Positions 9,429 through 18,587 of a DNA stretch of 64,000 nt are shown in pieces. The position numbers and the translations under genes were made by a program. Each line of letters starts with the position of its first letter. Position 1 is the first letter of the stretch. The stretch is from a virus. The notes beneath the pieces are model-generated. The model ran no database searches. It was given only the letters and a program-made list of their open reading frames with translations, and was not told the origin of the DNA. The DNA is taken from positions 6,498 through 70,497 of the IMG/VR virus record IMGVR_UViG_3300025010_000053. One strand, 5' to 3'.

Positions 9429-9503
9429 TCAACAAAGCTCTCCTTGGCTAAGTTCCTCTAACCCAATGCTCTCCAAAATCTCATCAATCAATTCTTTAGT
9501 CAA
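9429..9503 (-). CDS. 24-aa small acidic peptide MTKELIDEILESIGLEELSQGELC
   Basis: AAAGGAGGTG RBS 7 nt before TTG; upstream TTGACA-18-TAAGAT promoter with TG extension. Confidence 0.6.
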   Translation of the reverse strand: MTKELIDEILESIGLEELSQGELC

Positions 9504-9684
9504 CTATATCCACCTCCTTTCAAAGAGTGACTTGGCTATCTTACCACTAATGGGATTGTCTTGTCAATAAATTACTTATCTTGTTCTGACCAAATAAAAA
9601 AGCTCATCAAGTAGAGTCTAGAAAATCATTATTTGTATCTTTTATGATTATGGTGTATACTATTATCATGAAAGGAGTGATTCT

Positions 9685-9873
9685 ATGCTTATGTGTTCCC
9701 CGCGCGGTGGGGCCAGGACGGGATCTGGGCGACCGCCAAAGCCATCAGAGGAAAAATACAGCTCCCATCACATTAAATTTCTTGACGATGATTGGGAAAA
9801 AGTTAAGCGAAAAGCTAAAGAAAAAGGAATATCGGCTAGTGAATACGTACGGCGAAAAGCTCTGGAGGATTGA
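9685..9873 (+). CDS. Ribbon-helix-helix-type regulator (copy A)
   Basis: RGGARTGSGRP leader, then IKF.DDDWEKVKRKAKEKGISASEYVR; RBS aaaggag. Confidence 0.75.
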   Translation: MLMCSPRGGARTGSGRPPKPSEEKYSSHHIKFLDDDWEKVKRKAKEKGISASEYVRRKALED

Positions 9874-9914
9874 AACTTCGGGGCTTTTTATTTTGCCCAA
9901 TTTTAAAAAATCTT

Positions 9915-9954
9915 TGATTATGGTGTTGACAGATTTCATAGATTAGTGTAAAAT
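9915..9954 (+). promoter_or_regulatory. Strong sigmaA promoter of the accessory operon, abutting a repeated operator
   Basis: TTGACA(9926)-17-TAAAAT(9949); TGATTATGGTGT at 9915-9926 also occurs at 9645-9656. Confidence 0.75.
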
Positions 9955-9990
9955 AAGGGTGTAGACAGAAATCAAAGGAGGTCGAAACGG

Positions 9991-10170
9991 ATGCAAAACT
10001 TTATTCAGCAACAACTGCAGGAAATTGAATCAGAATTCAAGAGTGGAACATCATCAAAGTTGTTTTTGGAAGGTCGCGCGAAGCAGCTCGTATTGACCGC
10101 CAGACATATTGGTGACAAGAAACTAGAGATTAAGGTAGTCGACCTGTATGTAGAAATTATGTCTAGCTAG
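9991..10170 (+). CDS. 59-aa hypothetical protein (MQNFIQQQLQEIESEF...), first gene of the accessory operon
   Basis: RBS aaaggagg; below the ORF-track size cutoff; translated by hand. Confidence 0.65.
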   Translation: MQNFIQQQLQEIESEFKSGTSSKLFLEGRAKQLVLTARHIGDKKLEIKVVDLYVEIMSS

Positions 10171-10183
10171 TACAGAGGAGGTC

Positions 10184-10477
10184 ATGGCAATGACCAAAAA
10201 TGAATTAATTGCAGAGGTCAAAGAAATTAGAGCATTATTCAGAAACGTAACGGAAAAAGAAATATTTGCAATACAGGCAGTACTAAGAGAAAAGGAACTA
10301 GATGGAAGGCACGAATACTGGCACAAAGCAAATAAGCTAAACATCATCTGGAACCACAGGACAGAATCAGGGATGAGAAAGATGACCAAAAAACAGTTAA
10401 GCGAATACATAGAGGAATTAATCGCCGATCTAGGCGAAGCAAACGACTTGATGAGAGAAGGATTGTCGATGTTGTAG
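10184..10477 (+). CDS. Hypothetical protein
   Basis: RBS gaggaggt; 97 aa. Confidence 0.65.
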   Translation: MAMTKNELIAEVKEIRALFRNVTEKEIFAIQAVLREKELDGRHEYWHKANKLNIIWNHRTESGMRKMTKKQLSEYIEELIADLGEANDLMREGLSML

Positions 10478-10568
10478 GGGTTTAATTCCTTACTCAGGTC
10501 CTTGACCAAGATCGTTCTCCTGAAAAGGTGAGGTTTGGAAATAAAATTTAAAATGGAGGTTTGGAAAT

Positions 10569-10886
10569 ATGAAAGCATACAGAATTTATTACATGGACGG
10601 TTGCAGAAAAGTGTATCTTTGTGAGTCAGGTGGTTACTGGATGCACCATTGCGAAAGTCCAGAACAATGCTGCATTTACCTAACCCCGGAAAGCGCTCAA
10701 ATGACTGCGACAGCAAACGAAGGCTTCGTATCTCCATCGGAAGCCAAACGACACATTGAAGAATACGAGGAAACAAGGGGTATTGCAGTAAATAGGCATA
10801 ACGGCAATGCAAGGGATGCCGCGCTACTAAGGTATTTAAGTGACAGATACTCGTATGATATTATTCAAGAACCCGCTAAGGCATGA
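10569..10886 (+). CDS. Hypothetical protein
   Basis: RBS ggaggt; 105 aa. Confidence 0.65.
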   Translation: MKAYRIYYMDGCRKVYLCESGGYWMHHCESPEQCCIYLTPESAQMTATANEGFVSPSEAKRHIEEYEETRGIAVNRHNGNARDAALLRYLSDRYSYDIIQEPAKA

Positions 10887-10957
10887 CCGAGAAGGCCGGT
10901 CGCCGGGAGAAATCCCGGTCCAGTTCAAGGGTTAAAAAAAAGAAAGGGGATATAAAA

Positions 10958-11596
10958 ATGAAAATGACAGCAACTGAATTAATCAAAAAATACAACATCA
11001 CGCTACACATTGAAGGTCAAATCAGGGTTCCGAACGCAAAGAAGCTTTCTCAGAAAACACGCGACATGCTCGTAGCAGCAAAGCCGGAAATCATTGCAGA
11101 ATTGCAACGTCGGGAACAGGAGAAGGCTGAACTAAAAGCCAGGGAACTGGCGGAGAAAGAAGCAGAGAAACAGGCTATCCTTGCTGGAGAAAAAGCCATC
11201 CACCTGAAATATCATGACGGCGAGCATCTGAGTGGTCACTTTGCTACTGGGCAGGCAGCAGAGGTTCTAATGGGTTTAGGGATTGCAAATTATGTTAGCG
11301 GTTGGGGTTGTCATGTAGACCTTAAAGCCGTTGAAGCACTGGGCGAAGAGTTCACCTACCCGCAGGCCGCTTTATATGCAAGTCCGATGATTGAGGCAAA
11401 AACAGAGGCTATTCGGAAGAAATACGCTGAACGTCAAGAGAAATTTGACCAAGCTAGAGAAACTGGTAAGCCCGTATTGTTGAGTAGTTGGAGTGCCCCA
11501 TGCTGTGACCCACGGGAAGAATGCTCCTGGGATAACCATTATGAGCACGCAATGCCAGACGGTAGAGTAAAGAAATCCTGGAACCACACCTGGTAG
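10958..11596 (+). CDS. Hypothetical protein
   Basis: ATG at 10958 after aaagggga; MKMTATELIKKY... Confidence 0.65.
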   Translation: MKMTATELIKKYNITLHIEGQIRVPNAKKLSQKTRDMLVAAKPEIIAELQRREQEKAELKARELAEKEAEKQAILAGEKAIHLKYHDGEHLSGHFATGQAAEVLMGLGIANYVSGWGCHVDLKAVEALGEEFTYPQAALYASPMIEAKTEAIRKKYAERQEKFDQARETGKPVLLSSWSAPCCDPREECSWDNHYEHAMPDGRVKKSWNHTW

Positions 11597-11607
11597 AACG
11601 CAAAAAA

Positions 11608-11635
11608 GTTAGGTCGGGCGGGTTGCCTGGCCTAA
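11608..11635. repeat. 28-nt intergenic hairpin, identical copy at 23308-23335
   Basis: gttaggtcgggcgggttgcctggcctaa; 11-bp stem with G-U pairs. Confidence 0.85.
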
Positions 11636-11664
11636 TCTAAAATAAATATATAGGAGGAATAGAA

Positions 11665-12150
11665 ATGTTAACAGCGCAAATCAGTCAAGATTGGCAGAAA
11701 AAAATGGTCATAGATGCCATTTTAAAAGAATACCCAAAAGCTACAGGATTCCAGTTTTCCTGTGGATTTAATCGTACAGAATGGAATGACAGTCCAAACC
11801 TGTCGCCCTACTTCCATTGTGATTTCATCGAGGAAACCAGCGCATACCAGGCATATGTCCACAAGGACGGTATTGATTTCAACTATCAGGGAGAATTATG
11901 CCAAGAATATCAGGTATCCGGACAGTTTTACTTTCTTACGAAGGAACTTACCTTTCAAGAAATGCTTGTTAATGTAGTCAAAGTCCACGCTGTCGCAGGG
12001 TACAACGATGGAGGCCACATCCGCCTGATCCATTGGAATATCACGTGTCAGGAGGACTGGAAGCGTTTGAAAAAGCAGTGCCCGAACAGTGAGAAACGCT
12101 TGATTTTCTACTACCCGGACGGCAAAACAGCAGCAGAGTCGGTCTTTTAG
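11665..12150 (+). CDS. Hypothetical protein
   Basis: RBS aggagg; 161 aa. Confidence 0.65.
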   Translation: MLTAQISQDWQKKMVIDAILKEYPKATGFQFSCGFNRTEWNDSPNLSPYFHCDFIEETSAYQAYVHKDGIDFNYQGELCQEYQVSGQFYFLTKELTFQEMLVNVVKVHAVAGYNDGGHIRLIHWNITCQEDWKRLKKQCPNSEKRLIFYYPDGKTAAESVF

Positions 12151-12214
12151 TTTTCCCAGGCTTGGGGTTAGCCGAAAAAGCCCTGCCAGGAAAAAATAAA
12201 AAGGAGGAATAGTT

Positions 12215-12946
12215 ATGAAATTAAGCGTAAACGACGCTGACGGAACTGCTGTTGTCGCAGTACTGAAGTTGAACGGACAACCTGCTGTAGAGAAAATCGA
12301 CTACATCAATTGGGAAGGACAATACCACAAGAACGGAAAGTGGAGCTATACCGAAGGTGGCGTTTCCCTGTGTGATGGCATTGTCTTAATTAAGCATATG
12401 TCTACTCACAGCAGTGCCAACAATCTGCGCTATGCCCACATTGTCGCGGATAATGTGGAGGAGGACAGCATATTTGTCATGGGCGTAGTCTCGGAGCAAG
12501 ACGAATACCCAAAAATGCCTGCCGGTTTTACTCTTGGATACCATGTCTGGGATGCTATCGTGGAAGGGTTTTTGAACATCCCGAATCCCACAGACAGATT
12601 TAAACAGAGCGTTGCCGATGCCCGAGCACGCTGGGAACTTGCAGAGCAATTCAATCCCACCAGGCCGATTACAGTAGAAGGTCCCGTATTTTGGAGTATT
12701 GGCGTAGATGGCCCCTGTACACCATCAGATCCGTTGCCAGTCATGCCGGAAATTCCCCGCGGATCCCTGTTGGTCATCGGTGGACGGGCACCTATTTGGA
12801 GGTATGGCTTAGCCCTACATCAAGCGCACGGATCCGCTGCCGGTGCTGCAGCCACCTTTGATCCAAAGATTGGGGCGGTGGTAGTAGCAACACACAACGC
12901 CAATTGGAAGGAGAGGCAGATTGTCGCTGTGGACTGGCCGTTTTAG
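12215..12946 (+). CDS. csx3: Csx3/Crn3 (CRISPR ring nuclease)-like domain fused to an unknown N-terminal domain
   Basis: C-terminal LLVIGGRAPIWRYGLALHQAH...ATFDPKIGAVVVATH matches the Csx3 signature GRxPxW...H..H...DP(R/K)xGAVVVxxH. Confidence 0.8.
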   Translation: MKLSVNDADGTAVVAVLKLNGQPAVEKIDYINWEGQYHKNGKWSYTEGGVSLCDGIVLIKHMSTHSSANNLRYAHIVADNVEEDSIFVMGVVSEQDEYPKMPAGFTLGYHVWDAIVEGFLNIPNPTDRFKQSVADARARWELAEQFNPTRPITVEGPVFWSIGVDGPCTPSDPLPVMPEIPRGSLLVIGGRAPIWRYGLALHQAHGSAAGAAATFDPKIGAVVVATHNANWKERQIVAVDWPF

Positions 12947-12977
12947 TCCGCAAGATTAAGCTAAGGAGGTGATACAT

Positions 12978-13163
12978 ATGATTAATCTAGATATTAAACC
13001 CACAGAAGAACAATTGGCAAAAGTTCCCGAAACCAAAAAAGCGCTGAATGCTCTTTATGTGGCAATTGAAGCTGAGTTTCCAGTTGGTAGAGAAAAGTCA
13101 CTTATTTTTACCAACCTGGATGTGGCAATATTATGGATTCGTGAGGCCATTATGAAACTTTAG
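12978..13163 (+). CDS. Acb2/Tad1-like helical-hairpin protein (putative nucleotide-signal sponge)
   Basis: FPVGREKSLIFTNLDVAILWIREAI resembles the P.xREKSLA.TxLE.A.MW motif of the Acb2/Tad1 hairpin family; RBS aaggaggtg. Confidence 0.6.
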   Translation: MINLDIKPTEEQLAKVPETKKALNALYVAIEAEFPVGREKSLIFTNLDVAILWIREAIMKL

Positions 13164-13229
13164 TCTACTATCTCTGCCCGTTTAGATACGGGCGGGGGTG
13201 GTGGGATTGAAAATAGGGGAGGGGTAATT

Positions 13230-14087
13230 ATGAATTTTGATGAATTATGTGTCAGGGTATTCGCTGGTTTTGAAGCCGGAGAAGTCCACTACTACATCAA
13301 CGAATGCTTCAGAGAAAGAGGATTTGGGAGAGATAGTGTTGAACAGATCCTCAAAAATTACGGTTTTGAGTTCAACTTGGATGATACAGATGTATATGAA
13401 AAAATTTGTGAAGTTTCAAAAGGATTGTTCGTTGAGTTGGCACCCTTTGAAGAGCTTCGCAAAAAGGTGTATGAAGGATATCGAACAGGTAAAGTACACC
13501 ACTATTTTACTAATTCTTTCGGTCATTATTACTCCAAAAAAACCGTCATAAGCCACTTAAACCGCTATGGCATTCCTGTCGATTTGGACGCTCAGGATGC
13601 TTACGAGCAGATTTTAAAACTGTCCATACCGTTGTTTTTGGAGTCAAAAGGGCTCCACTTAGGCAAGAATACTTTCAAGCTTGATGACGGAAAGTATCTC
13701 GTTAACGACGGCGGCAAGTACAGGCCCAATCTGTCTCTAATTTTCACTGAGGACAGGTTGTTAAAAGCATTTGATTATGCAGCCGATACCGAACTTCAAG
13801 GCAGTCTTAATGTCTCTTTTTCTGGCAACATGGGGTTTAAGTTTGGTCGTTTCTTTAAGAGCAAGAAAGGCACTAACTGCTTTGAGGAAATGGATCGCGA
13901 TAAAGCCCCGCATATGCTCATCAAAATAAATTGGGGCGGTGCTTTTGATAGTTCGCGTGGGTTTAGAAGTTGGCCCGAAGGAAGTCTATACCGTCGCGTT
14001 GCCAAATCAAATGGCGGCGGAGCTGGCAATGACTACCTTGTACTGCCGATTAATTTTAAGCAGACCTTAAGGTTTGGGGATATTTAA
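13230..14087 (+). CDS. Hypothetical protein
   Basis: 285 aa; RBS ggagggg. Confidence 0.7.
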   Translation: MNFDELCVRVFAGFEAGEVHYYINECFRERGFGRDSVEQILKNYGFEFNLDDTDVYEKICEVSKGLFVELAPFEELRKKVYEGYRTGKVHHYFTNSFGHYYSKKTVISHLNRYGIPVDLDAQDAYEQILKLSIPLFLESKGLHLGKNTFKLDDGKYLVNDGGKYRPNLSLIFTEDRLLKAFDYAADTELQGSLNVSFSGNMGFKFGRFFKSKKGTNCFEEMDRDKAPHMLIKINWGGAFDSSRGFRSWPEGSLYRRVAKSNGGGAGNDYLVLPINFKQTLRFGDI

Positions 14088-14114
14088 TCTTAGAGTTCGT
14101 TGGAGGTGTCAAGC

Positions 14115-15251
14115 ATGGCCCAATACAACGTTACCCGTGCTTGCGGGCATGAGGAAACAGTTAACCTTATTGGTAAGCACAAACTACGGGAGTGGCGACT
14201 GGAGAACGTCGAACCAAACAAGTTATGCCACACCTGTTACCATGCGGAACTTGAACGCCAGCGTGAAAAGGCCACCGCCGAAGCTATCGAGGCAGCGAAA
14301 GAAATGGAGTTGCCAGCACTCGATGGAACTGAAAAACAAGTGGCCTGGGCAGAGCGAATACGCCAGGAGATATTGCTCCGGGCAGAAGGATTCCTGCATG
14401 GAAATATCACCGATGAGCAACGCGCTGATCTAATGACCGGACTTGACCACCTACAACAGATCGAGTCAGCGAGTTGGTGGATTGACCGCCGTGATATGTC
14501 ATTGCGGATGCTTGAAACTCTACTGCTCAACACTGCCAAACAGCAGAAGGATAAGCCGCCACAGGTGCTTACCGACGCTGTTAAAATAGAGGCGACTGTC
14601 AGGCCTGAAAACACCGTCACCGAAACTGTAGCGGAAATCCGAGCACTTGAAAAAAGCATGGAAATATATTTTCCCGAGAAGCGCGACGACTTTCGGGAAA
14701 TTGTAAAGGAAAAATTGAGTATGGATTGGACCGGGCTGTGCTGGAGAAGAAAAATAGCGAAGCACAACGGCACTCCGGCAGATCGTGCATCTGAGGCAGG
14801 GCACAGACTGCTTGCTGCTGGGTTCCCTGTTAGAATCTTTGACGATGAGACACGGCAGAAGGCCATCGACGGCACATATGAGCCAGAGCATACCCGCTGG
14901 ATTATGTGCCGCACTACAGGCGGTTATGCTGGTCACCTAGTGGTACGGTGGAGCAAGAAAGAAGACTTCTACCGTGCTGCAAAGGGTATTAACGGTAGTC
15001 GATATGACAAACCCGATGTTGTGGTTCCCCCCGAGCATTTTGCCGAGGTACTGGACTTCGCACAAATGTATGACTTTAGGATCTCGTCAGGTGCGCAGAA
15101 GGCAATAGATTTAGCACGGCAGGCATGGGAGAGCATACTTACCGTAATTGTCGCGCCGCCAGCGGAAAAAGATTGCGTGGTTGCCATCGGCAAGCCTCCC
15201 GTCTTGGAGGTTCCTATTGATATGAATATTGCAGATGAATTTAGGGATTAG
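14115..15251 (+). CDS. Conserved hypothetical protein with N-terminal Cys/His motif (CGH...CxxC)
   Basis: RACGHEETV...LCHTC...LPALDGTEKQVAWAERIR; RBS ggaggtg. Confidence 0.75.
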   Translation: MAQYNVTRACGHEETVNLIGKHKLREWRLENVEPNKLCHTCYHAELERQREKATAEAIEAAKEMELPALDGTEKQVAWAERIRQEILLRAEGFLHGNITDEQRADLMTGLDHLQQIESASWWIDRRDMSLRMLETLLLNTAKQQKDKPPQVLTDAVKIEATVRPENTVTETVAEIRALEKSMEIYFPEKRDDFREIVKEKLSMDWTGLCWRRKIAKHNGTPADRASEAGHRLLAAGFPVRIFDDETRQKAIDGTYEPEHTRWIMCRTTGGYAGHLVVRWSKKEDFYRAAKGINGSRYDKPDVVVPPEHFAEVLDFAQMYDFRISSGAQKAIDLARQAWESILTVIVAPPAEKDCVVAIGKPPVLEVPIDMNIADEFRD

Positions 15252-15263
15252 GAGGGGTAAGTC

Positions 15264-15464
15264 ATGCTCATAAAAGAAGACGGCGGACTTTATGACGCGC
15301 ACGAAGAGTGCAATTTAGCTAAAACCTGCGATAAATACAAAACCGTCGGTAAATTTAGCGGTTGTCAGAACATCGGAAGAATAGGAGTCACCTGCTTTTG
15401 CTTAATTAGACCAGATCACCCTCGTATCAAACTTGATCTGGTCTATGTTAAGTGTGAATCTTAG
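15264..15464 (+). CDS. Small Cys-rich hypothetical protein
   Basis: RBS ggagggg; 66 aa with 6 Cys. Confidence 0.5.
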   Translation: MLIKEDGGLYDAHEECNLAKTCDKYKTVGKFSGCQNIGRIGVTCFCLIRPDHPRIKLDLVYVKCES

Positions 15465-16869
15465 AACCGAACTGTTGCCGCACCAAGTACCTGCTGTTGA
15501 GAAAGTGCTGCCGTCTCGTATTGGCGGTCTATTCTGCGACATGGGTACTGGCAAAACGCGCATGTCAATTGAACTGGTTGACCGACGCAAAACCAAAATT
15601 GACAAGGTAATCTGGTTTTGCCCGGTTAGCCTAAAGGAAACGGTCAGACAGGAGATACTCAAGCATACTGACTGTATAGACAGTGACATTTGCGTATTTG
15701 GAGACAGGACAAATGAGAGCAACGTCCCAAGCGTGCCTTGGTATGTTGTAGGGATTGAGTCAATGAGTAGCAGTACCCGCGTGGTCTTGACTGTAAATAA
15801 GCTTATTACCGAGAGTACGATGGTTATCTTGGACGAATCGTCATACATCAAGGGTCACCGCTCAATGCGGACGTTGCGGATTACGGAATTATGCAAACGC
15901 GCACGGTACCGACTCATCTTAACCGGTACTCCGCTGTCTCAGGGAGTAGTTGATCTATTTGCGCAAATGCGTTTTTTATCTCCCAAGATTTTGGGTTACG
16001 AGTCGTTTTACTCTTTCGCGGCGAATCACCTGGAGTATTCGGAAAAGTATCCGGGCATGATTGTTCGTGCTCACAATGTTGAGTACCTGGCCGCGAAAAT
16101 AAAACCTTACATTTACCAGGTTACTAAGGAGGAATGCCTTGATCTTCCGTCGAAACTTTACGAAACTAGGTATTTCAGTATGAGTTACGAACAGCGGCAG
16201 CATTATGAGTGGGCAAAGGAGGAAATCCTTGCCGATCTCCTGGAGGACGATGACGATTCTATTCCGATCTTTAGACTGTTCACTGCTCTGCAGGGTATCG
16301 TCTGCGGGTTTTGGAATCGGAGGATTAGTCGGGGTCATTATCAGAAAATGAGGTTTGAGCATGACCGGGTGAGCACCTTACTCGAAACGATCTATAGCGT
16401 ACCGCGTGACACAAGATTTATTATTTGGGCAAAATATACATATGACATCCAACAGATCGCCGATATGCTGCAGGCCAATTTTGCCGACCAGGGGTTTAGT
16501 TTGTATCATGGTGGGTTATCAGAAAAGCAACGTAACGCCGAAGAAGCTAGATTTCATGCCGGAAATAGATTCTTTGTTGGTACCGCCAAGACCGGCGGGC
16601 ATGGACTAACCTTAAATGAGGCACATTATACTATTTTCTATAATAACTCGTTTAAATACAGCGAACGACTGCAGTCGGAAGATCGGAATCACCGGATTGG
16701 CCAGACCAATAAGGTAACCTATATTGATATTCGCTGTTCGAACAGTATTGACGAAAGAATCGCTGAAAACTTAGCCCAAAAGGGCAATACTGTAAATAGT
16801 TTCCGGAGGGAGGTTGAAAAGGTCAAATATAAAAAAGACCGTCTAAAGGAGTTGATTATGTCGCTGTGA
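15433..16869 (+). CDS. SNF2-family helicase/ATPase
   Basis: DMGTGKT, LDES, LTGTP, QSEDRNHRIGQ. Confidence 0.9.
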   Translation: MIWSMLSVNLRTELLPHQVPAVEKVLPSRIGGLFCDMGTGKTRMSIELVDRRKTKIDKVIWFCPVSLKETVRQEILKHTDCIDSDICVFGDRTNESNVPSVPWYVVGIESMSSSTRVVLTVNKLITESTMVILDESSYIKGHRSMRTLRITELCKRARYRLILTGTPLSQGVVDLFAQMRFLSPKILGYESFYSFAANHLEYSEKYPGMIVRAHNVEYLAAKIKPYIYQVTKEECLDLPSKLYETRYFSMSYEQRQHYEWAKEEILADLLEDDDDSIPIFRLFTALQGIVCGFWNRRISRGHYQKMRFEHDRVSTLLETIYSVPRDTRFIIWAKYTYDIQQIADMLQANFADQGFSLYHGGLSEKQRNAEEARFHAGNRFFVGTAKTGGHGLTLNEAHYTIFYNNSFKYSERLQSEDRNHRIGQTNKVTYIDIRCSNSIDERIAENLAQKGNTVNSFRREVEKVKYKKDRLKELIMSL

Positions 16870-18161
16870 GTAAGAAAAAGTATCTCAAAAAGAACGTGTA
16901 TGAAGCAGCACTGGAACGCGTCAAAACTATTTTCGAAGAGTTCGAAAAGGTGTATGTTTCCTTTTCCGGCGGCAAGGACAGCGGGGTTGTTTTGAACCTT
17001 GTCCTTGATTATATGCGTAAAAACGGGATAACGAATAAAATCGGGGTTCTTGTTGTTGATCTGGAAGGTCAGTATCAAGAAACCATAAATTACATACATA
17101 CCATGCTTACGGACAATGCTGACTTGATAGAACCATACTGGGCATGCTTGCCGCTAAATCTGCGCAATGCTGTGTCAGTCTATCAGCCGTTCTGGTGTTG
17201 CTGGGAGCCAGGACTAGAAGATAGATGGATTAGGCAATTTCCTGACTATCCGGTTATAAAAGATCAGGAATTCTTTCCGTTCTATCAGTACAGAATGGAA
17301 TTTGAAGAATTCGTTCCGAAGTTCGGCAAGTGGTTTTCTGGTGGAGAAAAGACTGCTTGCCTGGTAGGCATACGTTCCGATGAAAGCCTTAACCGATTCA
17401 GAACAATTGTAAGCGACAGTAAAGAGACTTATAGCGGCATAAACTGGACAACGAAGATAGACGAGAATCTTTACAATTGCTATCCAATTTACGATTGGCG
17501 AACTGAAGATATTTGGACCGCCAATGGTAAAAACGGGTGGGAATATAACAAACTCTATGATCTGTTTTACAAGGCCGGTGTCGGCATCCACGATATGCGG
17601 ATTTGCCAGCCCTATGGTGATGACCAACGGATCGGGCTGAATCTGTTCCGGGTTATCGAACCCGAGACATGGGCCAGGGTAGTTAATCGTGTATCCGGGG
17701 CAAACTTTGGTAATATTTATTGTGGTACTAAGGCATTAGGGTATCGTCAGGTACAGCTACCGGCCGGGCATACGTGGAAAAGCTACACAAAGCTTTTACT
17801 TGCATCACTTCCACCCGAAACCAGGGAGAACTATGTTAGCCGGTTTATCCGTTTTATGAGATATTGGAATAGAAACGGGTGTGGGTTGCCAAGTGAATGC
17901 TTTAGCAAACTGCCCCCTTCCGCTGTTGTAACGGATAAGATAGCTACCAGAGGGAATAAGGATAAACGTGTCGTTAGGTACAGGAAAATAGAAGATAGCC
18001 TTGACGGCGATATTGAAAGCAAACACTATGCTCCTACTTGGCGTAGGATGGCCATGTGCATCCTTAAAAATGACCACCTGTGCAAAGGATTGTCGTTTGC
18101 CCAAATCAAGAACCAGGCAGAGCGGCAACGACAGCTGATAGAAAAGTACCGAAATTTGTAG
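16866..18161 (+). CDS. ibrA: IbrA-like PAPS-reductase/PP-loop protein (DUF3440)
   Basis: SFSGGKDS, GIRSDESLNR, YPIYDW..EDIW, MRICQPYGDDQR, PTWRRMAMCILKNDHLC. Confidence 0.85.
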   Translation: MSKKKYLKKNVYEAALERVKTIFEEFEKVYVSFSGGKDSGVVLNLVLDYMRKNGITNKIGVLVVDLEGQYQETINYIHTMLTDNADLIEPYWACLPLNLRNAVSVYQPFWCCWEPGLEDRWIRQFPDYPVIKDQEFFPFYQYRMEFEEFVPKFGKWFSGGEKTACLVGIRSDESLNRFRTIVSDSKETYSGINWTTKIDENLYNCYPIYDWRTEDIWTANGKNGWEYNKLYDLFYKAGVGIHDMRICQPYGDDQRIGLNLFRVIEPETWARVVNRVSGANFGNIYCGTKALGYRQVQLPAGHTWKSYTKLLLASLPPETRENYVSRFIRFMRYWNRNGCGLPSECFSKLPPSAVVTDKIATRGNKDKRVVRYRKIEDSLDGDIESKHYAPTWRRMAMCILKNDHLCKGLSFAQIKNQAERQRQLIEKYRNL

Positions 18162-18173
18162 GGGGTACCGTCC

Positions 18174-18587
18174 ATGAAGATAATTAGACTAACAAACCAG
18201 GACAAAAGCTTTTACTCCACACTGGGGCCGTTTCTGGCCCGTCGTGACGTTGAGCGCGAAATTGGCTACAAGATATACGACGATGACGGAAAAGTGTGGA
18301 TTACTGCTCTTGAATTAAAAAAGGTCGTGGGGTTTTGTTATCTTTGGGAGAAAACAAAAGCACATTATCAGATCGGTAGTTGCTATGTCGTTGAAAAGTA
18401 CCGGCAACAAGGTGTTTTTCGCCAGCTATTTAACAGTGCAATTAAGGATATTAAAGGCGTTGTTACTATGACAACGAAGAATAAATATTTAATGGAAATG
18501 ATAGCTGATGAAGGTTTTATGGAGAGTAAGAAGAGAGGTAGCTTTACTGAGTATGCAAAGGAGTATGGTTCAAATGAAAGCGTTTAA
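18174..18587 (+). CDS. GNAT-family acetyltransferase-like protein
   Basis: YVVEKYRQQGVFRQL acetyl-CoA binding motif A. Confidence 0.7.
   Translation: MKIIRLTNQDKSFYSTLGPFLARRDVEREIGYKIYDDDGKVWITALELKKVVGFCYLWEKTKAHYQIGSCYVVEKYRQQGVFRQLFNSAIKDIKGVVTMTTKNKYLMEMIADEGFMESKKRGSFTEYAKEYGSNESV

Noticed and set aside
9859-9876. GAGGATTGAAAC, like the 3' end of a type I-B/III CRISPR repeat (also ATTGAAAC at ~20225 and GGGATTGAAAA at ~13204)
   Set aside because: Single occurrences explained by a stop codon, a -10 element and an intergenic spacer; no full repeat, hairpin or array, so not called as an RNA anti-CRISPR
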